Positions 1-9,759 of a DNA stretch of 64,000 nucleotides are shown one piece after another (position 1 is the stretch's first letter; every line of letters begins with the position of its first letter). Source of the stretch: Burkholderiales bacterium (GTDB taxonomy: Bacteria; Pseudomonadota; Gammaproteobacteria; Burkholderiales; SG8-41); assembly GCA_022841375.1 (NCBI GenBank), contig JALHRQ010000016.1:2166-66165 (forward strand), in the 5' to 3' direction. A program made the position numbers and the translations under genes. The notes under the pieces were generated by a model, which saw only the letters and a program-made list of their open reading frames with translations, had not been told where the DNA came from and did not search any database.

Positions 1-224
1 TGCTGGCCCCAGGCTGCTGCCAGTTTCTGTCCGACGGCACGCGCCAGCATGTCCGAGGTGCCGCCCGGCGTATAACCGACGATGTAGCGAATGGACCGCG
101 ACGGGTAATTGCTTGCAGCGTCCTGCGCCTGCGCTGCACTCGGCGACACGATCACCGTGCCAGCCACCAACATCGCTACAGCGGCATTATTCAAGTATTT
201 GTTTTTAATTGGTTTTTTAAACAT
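1..224 (-). CDS. Bug/TctC tripartite tricarboxylate transporter substrate-binding protein, partial (runs off the window start)
   Basis: Not in the ORF track. Manual translation from ATG 224 after AGGAGG gives MFKKPIKNKYLNNAAVAMLVAG...AQAQDAASNYPSRSIRYIVGYTPGGTSDMLARAVGQKL, a typical Bug N-terminus. Confidence 0.9.
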   Translation of the reverse strand, partial: MFKKPIKNKYLNNAAVAMLVAGTVIVSPSAAQAQDAASNYPSRSIRYIVGYTPGGTSDMLARAVGQKLAAAWGQ

Positions 225-266
225 TTTTCCTCCTGGTTACATCTACCGACGATAGCCGGCGAACCA

Positions 267-1241
267 TTAATCCACACGCGCACCCGACTCCTTCACCACG
301 CGCCCCCACTTCGCATAATCGGCACGAACCACGCGCTCGAAATCTTCAGCAGTGCCGCCGACGGCTTCAGCACCCTGTGCCTGCAGCATCTTGACCAGTT
401 CCGGTGCGCGCAGCGCCTCATTCAGTACCGCATTGATGCGGGTGGTCCGCGCTCTCGGTGTTCCAGCTGGCGCAAAAATGCCGAACCAGTTGATAACTTC
501 GTAGCCTTTCACCGTCTCAGCAATCGCCGGAATCGCCGGGAAGGCCGGTGAGCGTTTCGGGCCGGTCACACCGAGGCCGCGCAGTTTGCCCGAACGCACC
601 TGCGGCGCCAGGGGAACCGCGCTGGCGATGGTGAGGCCAATCTGCCCCGCGATCATGTCGGTGATCAACGGACCAGTGCCTTTATACGGGATGTGGTCCA
701 TGCGGATTTCGGCCATCGACTTGAACAGCTCCACCGCGAGGTGACTGGATGACCCGTTACCCGCCGATCCGTAGTTGAGCTTTCCGGGATTGGCCTTGGC
801 ATAAGCAATCAGATCCTTTACCGACTGCGCCGGTAACGCATTGCTCGAGGCCATCATCAGCGGCACCGCAACAAACTGCACGACAGGCGCAAAGTCCTTC
901 AGCGCGTCATACGATACTTTTTTGTAGAGGTGCGGATTGATCACATGCGGGATCGACGAAAACAGCAGTGTGTAACCATCGGCGTTCGCCTTGGCCGTTG
1001 TCTCGGTCGCGATCAGGCCACCGGCGCCGCCGCGATTGTCCACCACCACCTGCTGACCGAGGCGCTCCGACAGTTGTTGCGCCGACACGCGCGCGAGGAT
1101 GTCCGCGGCGCCGCCCGGCGGGAAGCCGACGATCAGGCGCACCGGCCGGTCGGGATAGGTTGAAGCCGCAATAACACCGGTCGCGGGCAAAACCGCAGCG
1201 ATGGCCGCTGCCGCGACAATGAGTGAGTAACGTTTGATCAT
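267..1241 (-). CDS. Bug/TctC family substrate-binding protein
   Basis: Signal peptide, then YPDRPVRLIVGFPPGG, NYGSAGNGS and HIPYKG motifs. Start moved to ATG 1241 behind GGAG. Confidence 0.93.
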   Translation of the reverse strand: MIKRYSLIVAAAAIAAVLPATGVIAASTYPDRPVRLIVGFPPGGAADILARVSAQQLSERLGQQVVVDNRGGAGGLIATETTAKANADGYTLLFSSIPHVINPHLYKKVSYDALKDFAPVVQFVAVPLMMASSNALPAQSVKDLIAYAKANPGKLNYGSAGNGSSSHLAVELFKSMAEIRMDHIPYKGTGPLITDMIAGQIGLTIASAVPLAPQVRSGKLRGLGVTGPKRSPAFPAIPAIAETVKGYEVINWFGIFAPAGTPRARTTRINAVLNEALRAPELVKMLQAQGAEAVGGTAEDFERVVRADYAKWGRVVKESGARVD

Positions 1242-1304
1242 GTGCATTCTCCAGTTCAGCCGGTTATTCCGGAACGGCTTCCGGAGCAGCAATCGTGCCA
1301 TTCA

Positions 1305-3023
1305 TCACCAGCCCAGCACATAAGCCGGCCGCCGCGGGTCGGCACCACCGTGCAGCACGCCCTGCTTGAAATCGTTGACAATGGTGCACACCGACCCGGC
1401 GAGCCAGGTCATGTCGCCCCACCAGTAAATCTTGTGCCCCATCGCCGCCAGCGCCTCGCCTGTTTTGGCATCGATGCGCGATTCCAGATACAGACGACCG
1501 GGGAAGTAGGCATGCGGCTCGAACGAGCCGGGATAGCTGTAACTGGCAAACCGCGGAGCCTCGACGGCATCCTGCACGCCCATGCCGAACACGTTGATAT
1601 TGAGGAACACCTGGATCATGGCCTGGATCTGCACATCGCCCCCGGGAGTACCGAACGGCATGTAGGCATGGCCGTTTTTCAGCGCCAGCGCCGGATTCGG
1701 CGTCAGCCGCGGGCGCTTGCCCGGCGCCACTGACGACGGATGGGAAGGATCGGCCCAGGATTGCGTGCCGCGGCCCGAGCAAAGAATACCCACGCCGGGA
1801 ATGATCGGCGTCTTGTCGGAACCGTCGGAAGGCGTCGCCGAAAAGGCATTGCCGTGGCGGTCGATGACACAAAGATAAGAGGTATCGCCCGGACCCGGCG
1901 CCTCGTCCTTCTGCGGCACCGGCATGCAGATGTTTTGCAGTGCCGTCAGCGTTTTCGGGTCGCCCGCCGGCGGCATTTCCGGCCACGCCTTGTCCAGGCG
2001 GATCAGTGATCGACGCCACGCCGAATATTTCTCCGACAGCAATCCATTCAGCGGCACTTTGACAAACTTCGGATCGCCGAAGTGATGGTGCCGGTCGGCG
2101 AAGGCCAGATTGATGGCCTCGGTCACGACGTGAATGTATTGCGGCGTGTTGTGGCCCATCGCCTTCAGGTCGTAACCCTTGAGGATGTTCAGCGCCATCG
2201 GCAATGCCGGCCCCTGTGACCACGCACCGCAGGCATGCACATCGATATTGCCGAACTTCGAGGTTACTGTCGGCTCGAAATTGACCTTGAATTTTGCAAA
2301 GTCATCGTATTGCATCAGGCCACCCTGCTGGCCGATCCATTTGGTGACGTCACGCGCAATGTCGCCCTTGTAGAACGCATCGCGCGCGGCCTGCAGCCCC
2401 GCCTTGCGGCCCTTGCGTTTGCCGCGCCGTTCTTCATCAACCATGTACTTCAGCGTGCGACCAAGGTCGGCCTGCACAAACACCTTGCCTGGCACCGGCG
2501 GTTTGCCGCCCGGCAGATACACTTTTTTGCTCGACGGCCAGCGCGAATAGTTATCGACATTGCTGCCGATGAAATCCGCCATTAACGGATACATCGGAAA
2601 ACCTTCGCTGGCAAAACGAATCGCCGCGCTGGCCACATCGCCAAAACTCATGGTGCCGAACCGCGACAGCGCGGTGATCCACGCATCCGGTGCTGCCGGC
2701 ACCACGCAGCGTTCGATACCCGGCGGAATCTTGCCGCCGTGTTTTTTCATGAAGTAATCCGGAGTAATCGCCTGCGGCCATACCCCGAGGCCGTCGATCG
2801 AATGCACCTTGCGGTCTTTCGCCGTAAAAATGATCTGGGGTGCAACCCCCCCGATATTGACCTTTTCGGTCTGCAGCACGCCGATCGCCAGACCGGCCGC
2901 AACGCCGGCGTCGATGGCATTGCCCCCTGCCTCGAGGATCTCGAATGCCGCGTGCGCGGCCAGATAATGGCCGGCGGCGACGACGTGCCGGGTGCCCATG
3001 ATGGTCATGCGTTTTGCAGTCAT
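1305..3023 (-). CDS. Gamma-glutamyltransferase family Ntn-hydrolase
   Basis: GGNAIDAGVA, VPAAPDAW, FYKG, autocleavage site GD-TSYLCVID and PFGTPGGDVQ; no signal peptide. Confidence 0.92.
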   Translation of the reverse strand: MTAKRMTIMGTRHVVAAGHYLAAHAAFEILEAGGNAIDAGVAAGLAIGVLQTEKVNIGGVAPQIIFTAKDRKVHSIDGLGVWPQAITPDYFMKKHGGKIPPGIERCVVPAAPDAWITALSRFGTMSFGDVASAAIRFASEGFPMYPLMADFIGSNVDNYSRWPSSKKVYLPGGKPPVPGKVFVQADLGRTLKYMVDEERRGKRKGRKAGLQAARDAFYKGDIARDVTKWIGQQGGLMQYDDFAKFKVNFEPTVTSKFGNIDVHACGAWSQGPALPMALNILKGYDLKAMGHNTPQYIHVVTEAINLAFADRHHHFGDPKFVKVPLNGLLSEKYSAWRRSLIRLDKAWPEMPPAGDPKTLTALQNICMPVPQKDEAPGPGDTSYLCVIDRHGNAFSATPSDGSDKTPIIPGVGILCSGRGTQSWADPSHPSSVAPGKRPRLTPNPALALKNGHAYMPFGTPGGDVQIQAMIQVFLNINVFGMGVQDAVEAPRFASYSYPGSFEPHAYFPGRLYLESRIDAKTGEALAAMGHKIYWWGDMTWLAGSVCTIVNDFKQGVLHGGADPRRPAYVLGW

Positions 3024-3225
3024 GCCTGTCTCTCCGGAAAGCAGCCGCAGACCCGCGGCATATAGACGCTGATTCTACCCCGCGCCGCCGGCGCCGCCCT
3101 GCGGATTGCCACGGATTGGACCTTGCGGAAGTGCTGCGCGACAGCCGCAGGACTTGGTAAACTGCGGGCAGATCAACTAACTGTCTGCGGCCTACCGGGC
3201 AAGCAGAGACACCGAGGAGATACCG

Positions 3226-4194
3226 ATGAAATTGAAACAATTGCGGATTGCCGCAGCCGTGGCCCTGATCGCCGCAAACTGTACGGCGCTGGCGCAAAAC
3301 TATCCTGCGCGGACGATCCGCATGGTGATTCCGTTCGCGCCCGGCGGCAATACCGACATCATCGGCCGCGTTTTCGTGCCGAAGATGGCTGAAATCATCG
3401 GTCAGCAGATCATCATCGACAACCGTGGTGGCGCCGGCAGCGTGATCGGCACCGAAATCGTGATGCGCTCGCCACCCGACGGCTACACCCTGTTGCTGGC
3501 CTCGGCCGCACACACCATCAACCCGGCGATGATCAAGAAACTGCCCTACGATTCAGTCAAGGATTTCACGCCTATCAGTGTCGTTGCCGATGTGCCGACG
3601 GCGTTTGTCATCCACCCCTCGCTGCCATCAAAAAACCTCAAGGAATTCATTGCACTGGCCAAGGCCCGCCCCAATGATATTTTCTACTCGACCGCCGGCA
3701 TCGGCACCGTGGGCCATCTCTCCGCGGAACTGCTGGTGTCCACGGCAAAAATCAAGCTGACCGGCGTGCATTACAAGGGCAGCGGCCCGTCGATGACCGA
3801 TCTCGTTGGCGGCCATATCCAGATGCAGTTTCCCAGCATGCCGGCCGCCGTGCCCTATGTCGCCTCCGGCAGAATGCGTATGATCGCGCAAACCGGCGAG
3901 AAACGCTCCCCGGCCGCACCGACGGTCCCGACCATGATCGAACAGGGCATGAAGGATTTCGTTGTATCCAGCGGCTTCTCGATGTTCGGGCCGGCCAACC
4001 TGCCCAAGCCCATCGTCGACCGCGTCCATGCCGCGCTGGTCCAGTCGCTCAAAGACCCCAAGGTCAACAAGACACTGCTCGACCAGGGCGCCGAACCCAA
4101 TGGCAATTCGCCCGAGGCACACGACAAGTTCAACCGCGCCGAAATCCAGAAATGGATCAAGGTTGCGCGCGCCGCCGGAATCGAAGCGCAGTAA
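3226..4194 (+). CDS. Bug/TctC family substrate-binding protein
   Basis: RBS GAGGAG; signal peptide; YPARTIRMVIPFAPGGNTD and HYKGSGP motifs. Confidence 0.93.
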   Translation: MKLKQLRIAAAVALIAANCTALAQNYPARTIRMVIPFAPGGNTDIIGRVFVPKMAEIIGQQIIIDNRGGAGSVIGTEIVMRSPPDGYTLLLASAAHTINPAMIKKLPYDSVKDFTPISVVADVPTAFVIHPSLPSKNLKEFIALAKARPNDIFYSTAGIGTVGHLSAELLVSTAKIKLTGVHYKGSGPSMTDLVGGHIQMQFPSMPAAVPYVASGRMRMIAQTGEKRSPAAPTVPTMIEQGMKDFVVSSGFSMFGPANLPKPIVDRVHAALVQSLKDPKVNKTLLDQGAEPNGNSPEAHDKFNRAEIQKWIKVARAAGIEAQ

Positions 4195-4224
4195 CGCGGC
4201 CGCAAGGCACCGCGTGCGTTAAAA

Positions 4225-4253
4225 TACGGGGCCTTATCGCCCCGTAATTTTTT
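4225..4253 (+). terminator. Probable intrinsic terminator hairpin
   Basis: TACGGGGC-cttatc-GCCCCGTA followed by ATTTTTT, just downstream of the Bug gene stop. Confidence 0.65.
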
Positions 4254-4282
4254 CGTATTTTCTGACTACACCCGAGATTCCG

Positions 4283-5872
4283 ATGACCCACTTAGATTTC
4301 CAGTTTCCCTACACTTCCCAGCGCATGCCGGTATTGGCGCGCAACACCGTCGCCACCTCGCAGCCTCTCGCCGCGCAGGCCGGCCTGCGCATGCTGCTCA
4401 AGGGCGGCAATGCCGTCGACGCCATACTTGCCACGGCGATTTCGCTGACCGTGCTGGAGCCGACCAGCAACGGCATCGGCAGCGATGCCTTCTGCATACT
4501 CTGGGACGGCAAGAAACTGCATGGCCTCAATGCCTCGGGACGTTCACCGGCCGGCTGGACGCCGGATCGTTTCAAGGGCGCGCAGGCGATGCCGCAACGC
4601 GGCTGGGATGCGGTCACCGTGCCGGGCTGCGTGTCGGCATGGGCGGAAATGTCGCAGAAGTTCGGCAAGTTGCCGTTCGCCGACCTGTTCGAACCGGCAA
4701 TCAAATACGCCAGCGACGGCTATATGGTCACGCCGACCATCGCCCGCCTTTGGGCCAACCAGGTGCCGGAATTAAAAAACCAGCCCGGTTTCGCCGAAGC
4801 CTTCATGCCGCGCGGCCGCGCGCCGCTGCCCGGCGAAAAATTCTCTTTCCCGGCGCAGGCCAAGACGCTGGCGCGCATCGCCGAAACCAAAGGCGAAGCC
4901 TTCTACAAGGGCGACCTTGCCGAAAAAATCGTTGCCTGGTCCAAGCAGCACGGCGGTGCGATGACCATGGAGGACCTCGCCGCTCATACCCTGGACTGGG
5001 TGGAACCGATCGGCATTGATTACCGCGGCTACACGCTGCACGAGATTCCGCCGAATGGCCAGGGCATCGCTGCGCTGATCGCGCTGGGAATTCTGGAAAA
5101 TTTCGACGTCGCCAAACTGCCGGTCGACTCCCCGGACAGCATGCACCTGCAGATTGAAGCAATGAAGCTGGCCTTCGCCGACATCAACGAATACGTGTCC
5201 GATTCGACGACGATGCGCATCACGCCCGCTGAAATGCTCGACAAGACGTACCTGAAAAAACGCGCGCAGCTTATCGACATGAAGAAGGCACAGGCACCGG
5301 CCTTCGGCAATCCGGCAAAAGGCGGCACGGTCTACCTGACCGCGGCTGACGAGTCCGGCATGATGGTTTCGTATATCCAATCCAACTTTGCGGGATTCGG
5401 TTCCGGCGTCGTCGTTCCGGGCACCGGCATCAGCCTGCAGAACCGCGGATATGGCTTCAGCCTTAAACCCGGCCATGCCAACATCGTCGCGCCGCGCAAA
5501 CGTCCCTTCCACACCATCATCCCCGGTTTCCTGACCAAAAACGGCAAGCCGTTGATGAGTTTCGGCGTGATGGGCGGTTCGATGCAGGCACAGGGCCATA
5601 TGCAGGTGGTATCCCGCATGGTCGATTACGCACAGAACCCGCAAGCCGCCGCTGACGCGCCGCGCTGGCGCATTGATACCGGCCTGAAAGTCGGCATTGA
5701 ATACGGTGTCGCCGCCGAAACCATTGCCGAACTGCGTGCCCGCGGCCATGACATGCCGCAGGCCGACCGCTGGTCCACCGATTTCGGCCGCGCCCAGTTG
5801 ATTTACAAAATGGAAGACGGTTATTTCGCCGCGTCCGAACGCCGCACCGACGGTCAGGCTGTCGGCTACTGA
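4283..5872 (+). CDS. Gamma-glutamyltransferase family protein (YwrD/HpxW-like cytoplasmic subgroup)
   Basis: [38 protein letters not shown] cleavage site, RPFHTIIP and FGVMGG. Confidence 0.93.
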   Translation: MTHLDFQFPYTSQRMPVLARNTVATSQPLAAQAGLRMLLKGGNAVDAILATAISLTVLEPTSNGIGSDAFCILWDGKKLHGLNASGRSPAGWTPDRFKGAQAMPQRGWDAVTVPGCVSAWAEMSQKFGKLPFADLFEPAIKYASDGYMVTPTIARLWANQVPELKNQPGFAEAFMPRGRAPLPGEKFSFPAQAKTLARIAETKGEAFYKGDLAEKIVAWSKQHGGAMTMEDLAAHTLDWVEPIGIDYRGYTLHEIPPNGQGIAALIALGILENFDVAKLPVDSPDSMHLQIEAMKLAFADINEYVSDSTTMRITPAEMLDKTYLKKRAQLIDMKKAQAPAFGNPAKGGTVYLTAADESGMMVSYIQSNFAGFGSGVVVPGTGISLQNRGYGFSLKPGHANIVAPRKRPFHTIIPGFLTKNGKPLMSFGVMGGSMQAQGHMQVVSRMVDYAQNPQAAADAPRWRIDTGLKVGIEYGVAAETIAELRARGHDMPQADRWSTDFGRAQLIYKMEDGYFAASERRTDGQAVGY

Positions 5873-5886
5873 TTCTGGAACCGGCG

Positions 5887-6411
5887 ATGAAATACAGCCT
5901 CGGCGAACGCAAGGTGGTGTGCAAGGGCGATTACTGGATCGCCCCCTCGGCCACTGTCATCGGCAGCGTGGTTCTGGAAAACAACGCCAGCATCTGGTGG
6001 AACTGCGTGCTGCGCAGTGACAACGAAAACATCACCATCGGCGAGAATTCGCAGGTGCAGGACGGCTCGGTGCTGCATGCCGACCCCGGTTTCCCGCTGA
6101 CGCTGGAAAAAAACGTCAGCGTCGGCCACATGGCGATGCTGCACGGCTGCACCATTGGCGAAGGCAGTCTGGTCGGCATCGGCGCAGTCATCCTCAATGG
6201 TGCAAAGATCGGCAAGAACTGCCTGATCGGCGCCCGCGCCTTTATCGGTGAAGGCAAGGAAATCCCCGACGGCTCGATGGTGCTGGGCATGCCCGGCAAA
6301 GTTGTGCGTCCGCTTTCCGTGGAGGAAATCGCGCGCATCAACCGCATTGCCGACCATTATGTACAGAATTTCAAGCGGTTCCGCAGCGAGTTGAAGCCCG
6401 ATCCTTCTTGA
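5887..6411 (+). CDS. Gamma-carbonic anhydrase family protein (YrdA/CaiE/PaaY-like)
   Basis: Hexapeptide repeats with LRSD, QDGSVLH and [10 protein letters not shown] (three metal-binding His). Confidence 0.92.
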   Translation: MKYSLGERKVVCKGDYWIAPSATVIGSVVLENNASIWWNCVLRSDNENITIGENSQVQDGSVLHADPGFPLTLEKNVSVGHMAMLHGCTIGEGSLVGIGAVILNGAKIGKNCLIGARAFIGEGKEIPDGSMVLGMPGKVVRPLSVEEIARINRIADHYVQNFKRFRSELKPDPS

Positions 6412-6434
6412 AACCCAGGCTCACGGGGGTGCGC

Positions 6435-6665
6435 ATGACCGGCATGACGAAATACGGATTCCGCATCAGAACCCGCGGCGGCATGACGGTGGAAAATCTG
6501 GTGGTCCAGGCCCGCACCCGGGAAGATGCCGAGGTACGTATCCGGCAGATTTACCAGCATTGCGAGATTCTGGAATGCAGCGAGATTGCCACGGGTAATC
6601 GTGGCGATGGTGTAGACCTCGAAAGCATGATTTCCCTGATCAGCAAGCAGGACGACAAAGGCTGA
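6435..6665 (+). CDS. Small hypothetical protein
   Basis: Co-oriented with the upstream gene and protein-like (KYGFRIRTRGGMTVENLVV...). Start uncertain (6408, 6435 or 6444). Confidence 0.65.
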   Translation: MTGMTKYGFRIRTRGGMTVENLVVQARTREDAEVRIRQIYQHCEILECSEIATGNRGDGVDLESMISLISKQDDKG

Positions 6666-6699
6666 TCGCGCGGCAGCTGTGGCCGCATACCCCCGAAAA

Positions 6700-7599
6700 C
6701 TAGGCGCCGGTACGGCGGGTATGCACCAGCTTCAAATTAAAGGCGACCTGACGCTGCACGGCGGATTCCTGCTCTGCAGCCAATGCAGTACGCGCCCCCG
6801 GCGGTGCAGTGCGCAGGGACGGACGGGTTTTGCTCGCGGCCGCAGGCATGAATCCCGCAACCACCAGTTCCTCAAGCAGCTCCGTGTAATGCTGTGCGCC
6901 GCGACTGGACGGCGCGTGGTCAAACACATCCTGATTGCTGGCCGGGCTTTCGGCGAGGCTGACGTTTTCGGCGATGCGCGTGGCGCAGACCTCGTCGCCA
7001 TAACGTTCTCGCAACTGGCGCTCAATGTCCACCGCCATGCGCCGCCGTGAATCGTAACGGGTGATCAGGTATCGACGCGGCATCCGCCGCTTCAGCACAT
7101 GCTCCAGGGCCTTGAGCGTGCGTTCCATCTGCAACGCCCCCTTTAAAGCCAGATAGTCTGCGGAGATCGGTATCAACACGCCATCTGCGGCAAATACGCT
7201 GCTCAACGACAACACGCCCAGCATCGGGCAAGAATCCATCAATACCGGACGTTCTGCAGGTTCGCGCTCCAGTGCATTGGACAACCGGCTCAAGGCTGCA
7301 GGACCTTTGCCGAACTGGGTATCGACCTTGGACAACTCGAGATGCGACGGCACCAGTTTCCAGCCGTTGCGCGTGGTACATGTCAGCGCGGACAGCGGCG
7401 CGCCATGGGCATACAAACCATACAGGCTCACCTCGGGGCGCGGTACAGCCACGCCGCAAACGGTGGTCAGATGCGCCTGCGGATCCAGGTCGATGACCAG
7501 GGGGTCATCACCACGGCGCGTGAGCAAACCCGCGAGGTTCAACGTCGTCGTTGTTTTTCCAACGCCGCCTTTCTGATTGAACACCGCGATACGCGCCAC
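6700..7599 (-). CDS. ParA/Soj family ATPase (orphan)
   Basis: Deviant Walker A NQKGGVGKTTT, IDLDPQA and DSCP; RBS AGGAGG before the GTG start. Confidence 0.93.
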   Translation of the reverse strand: MARIAVFNQKGGVGKTTTTLNLAGLLTRRGDDPLVIDLDPQAHLTTVCGVAVPRPEVSLYGLYAHGAPLSALTCTTRNGWKLVPSHLELSKVDTQFGKGPAALSRLSNALEREPAERPVLMDSCPMLGVLSLSSVFAADGVLIPISADYLALKGALQMERTLKALEHVLKRRMPRRYLITRYDSRRRMAVDIERQLRERYGDEVCATRIAENVSLAESPASNQDVFDHAPSSRGAQHYTELLEELVVAGFMPAAASKTRPSLRTAPPGARTALAAEQESAVQRQVAFNLKLVHTRRTGA

Positions 7600-8101
7600 A
7601 CGACCTCCTGCGAATCATGTATTGGCTACAGCTGGGGGAACCGGGATTTTGCGCTGATAATCAGTGAATTGGCAACATAACTTGCTACTGCTTCTGAGAT
7701 TTCTCGCGCAAGTGCTTATTCAGCACTCCTTGCGCGACATTATAAAAATATTTTATATAAAACAATAGGTTATAAGCATTTGCATTTACCATGAACATCG
7801 ATATCAGCACCCACGAGCTACAGGCGAGGTTTCATCCGCAAACGCCACTTATGCAAATTACTGCAAAATCCAGGAGCACTTGGCGCGCTGCCTGCGCATC
7901 CATGACAGTGCCTGCCGATGACCGCGGCGAGCAAGACTGGGCATTCGTCGCTTGCAATGCCATGCCCAAATCTCCATTGATGAACTTGCATTGCACCTGC
8001 CCAAATTCAGCCATCACGCCCCTTGGCAATTCCCACAATGCAATAGCGACTACGGTCGAATTCGGTTATCCTGCGCACAATTAATCAGGGGGGAACTGCA
8101 A

Positions 8102-8242
8102 ATGGCGTTTTACGCATTTTATGCAATCGCGATTGTTGTGCTGATTCTCCACTTTACCGGTTGGCTGAAACGAAAAAACCTGGAGTGGGTGGTTCTGGCG
8201 CTGGCGGTTTCGGTATTCCCGGTCGTCATTTTCCTGCGCTGA
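8102..8242 (+). CDS. Small (46 aa) membrane protein with two predicted TM segments
   Basis: G-rich RBS (AGGGGGGA) before ATG 8102; MAFYAFYAIAIVVLILHFTGWLKRKNLEWVVLALAVSVFPVVIFLR. Confidence 0.6.
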   Translation: MAFYAFYAIAIVVLILHFTGWLKRKNLEWVVLALAVSVFPVVIFLR

Positions 8243-8260
8243 ACGGCAGGCAGACCCGCA

Positions 8261-9004
8261 CTACTTTGCCAGCAGGCTGACTCCGCTGGCCAGCAGCATC
8301 ACCGCCAGGACTCTCGCGAACGTCTCACTGTCCACCTTGTTGCCAAGACGTTCGCCGACCACAGTTCCAGCCCACATCAGGGGCAACAGCATCACGAACA
8401 GCATCAGCACCGTGCTGCCGTAAAATCCGGACCAGGCATAACCGCCGATCCGGGCGATCATCTCGAAAAACCACAACGCAGCCACCGTCGCCCGGAATCC
8501 GGCACGGGTCACCCCTCGGGCGTTGACATAAATCACCACCAGCGTCCCGCCGCCTCCGCCGAACAGCGTGTCGAAAAAGCTGCCAAAAAATCCCGCCGGC
8601 CACGCCCAGCGCGATGAACAGCGCAGCTGCGGCAACCCCATTATGCTGACCGTCAGCATGTACAGTGAATACAACACCAGAAAACCGCCGAGCATGATCA
8701 CCAGCACCCGGTTGTCGAGCACGGCGAACAGCCACAGACCGAGCACTGCCCCGATGATGGTCGGCGGCACCAGCAGCCACAACTCGGGCCAAACCACCTG
8801 TCCATGATCGCGGATCAGCAGAATCACGAACAGTACAAAAACGAGCAGGCTGCACAAGGGCACCGCGAGCTGCAACGGTATCGCGAAAGCCAGCAACGGC
8901 ACCGCAATCATGCCGGCACCGAACCCCGACATGCCGCGCACCACAAAAGCGCTGAAAATGACCAGCGCCACCCATGCAAACTGTGCGTAACTCAGATCGG
9001 CCAT
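8261..9004 (-). CDS. TauE/SafE (TSUP) family sulfite exporter-like membrane protein
   Basis: AFVVRGMSGFGAG and GGGGG repeat motifs, about 8 TM, 247 aa. Confidence 0.88.
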   Translation of the reverse strand: MADLSYAQFAWVALVIFSAFVVRGMSGFGAGMIAVPLLAFAIPLQLAVPLCSLLVFVLFVILLIRDHGQVVWPELWLLVPPTIIGAVLGLWLFAVLDNRVLVIMLGGFLVLYSLYMLTVSIMGLPQLRCSSRWAWPAGFFGSFFDTLFGGGGGTLVVIYVNARGVTRAGFRATVAALWFFEMIARIGGYAWSGFYGSTVLMLFVMLLPLMWAGTVVGERLGNKVDSETFARVLAVMLLASGVSLLAK

Positions 9005-9008
9005 TTTT

Positions 9009-9755
9009 TTATTTGATCAGCAAGGCGCCGCCGCTCGCCAGCAAAACCACGCCGATCGCACGGTTGAACCACGCCGCATTGAAGCGGCTAATCAGTCGCG
9101 CGCCCAGCCATGACCCGAGCAGCATGGTCGGCAGAGCCGCAGCCAGCAGCAGCAGGACGTTGCTGTCGTAAAGGCCCAGTACGGCGTAACCCACCATGCG
9201 TGTCACTCCCTGAAACAGCATGATGGATGTAATGGTCACGCGGAATGCATCGCGCCCGAGCCGCAATCCATTGAGATAGATCACGTACAACGGGCCCGCC
9301 GCCCCGCCGAACAAGGCGCCGATAAACCCGGCGGAGGTGCTGGTCAACACGGTCACCGCCGGCAGCCAGCGCTTTGGCACATGCACCTCACGCCCCGCCA
9401 ATATCATCATATACAGTGCATAAAGCACGACAAAAACACCGAGGGCACGGCCGAGCGGTTTGGCATCAAAAGTACCGAGAAAATATAGCCCGATCAACAC
9501 GCCGATCAGACTGCCCGGCATGACCTGCCAGATGGCGCGCCAGACGATGTGACGCCAAGCGGCAATGCCGTGTCCGATTGACGACAGCATGTTGAGCACA
9601 GTGACCACCGGCACCGTGACCTGCAACGGGAATACCAAAGCCAGCAAAGGCACTGCAATAGCCCCTCCGCCAAATCCGGTGCCGCCACGGACAGCAAAGG
9701 CCAGCGTCACCACAAAAGCACAAAACAGCAGTTGCCACCCGGAGAGGGATTCCAT
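9009..9755 (-). CDS. TauE/SafE (TSUP) family membrane protein
   Basis: AFAVRGGTGFGGG and GGAAGPLYVIY motifs; tandem paralog of the adjacent gene. Start re-set to MESLSGW. Confidence 0.88.
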   Translation of the reverse strand: MESLSGWQLLFCAFVVTLAFAVRGGTGFGGGAIAVPLLALVFPLQVTVPVVTVLNMLSSIGHGIAAWRHIVWRAIWQVMPGSLIGVLIGLYFLGTFDAKPLGRALGVFVVLYALYMMILAGREVHVPKRWLPAVTVLTSTSAGFIGALFGGAAGPLYVIYLNGLRLGRDAFRVTITSIMLFQGVTRMVGYAVLGLYDSNVLLLLAAALPTMLLGSWLGARLISRFNAAWFNRAIGVVLLASGGALLIK

Positions 9756-9759
9756 CGAT

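Noticed and set aside
7669..7686. Sigma54-like TTGGCA...TTGC motif
   Set aside because: The GG-to-GC spacing is 11 nt rather than the required 10.
7791..8084. Short ORFs 7791-8084 (+) and 7832-8038 (-)
   Set aside because: No RBS, no recognisable motifs and atypical composition; treated as non-coding.
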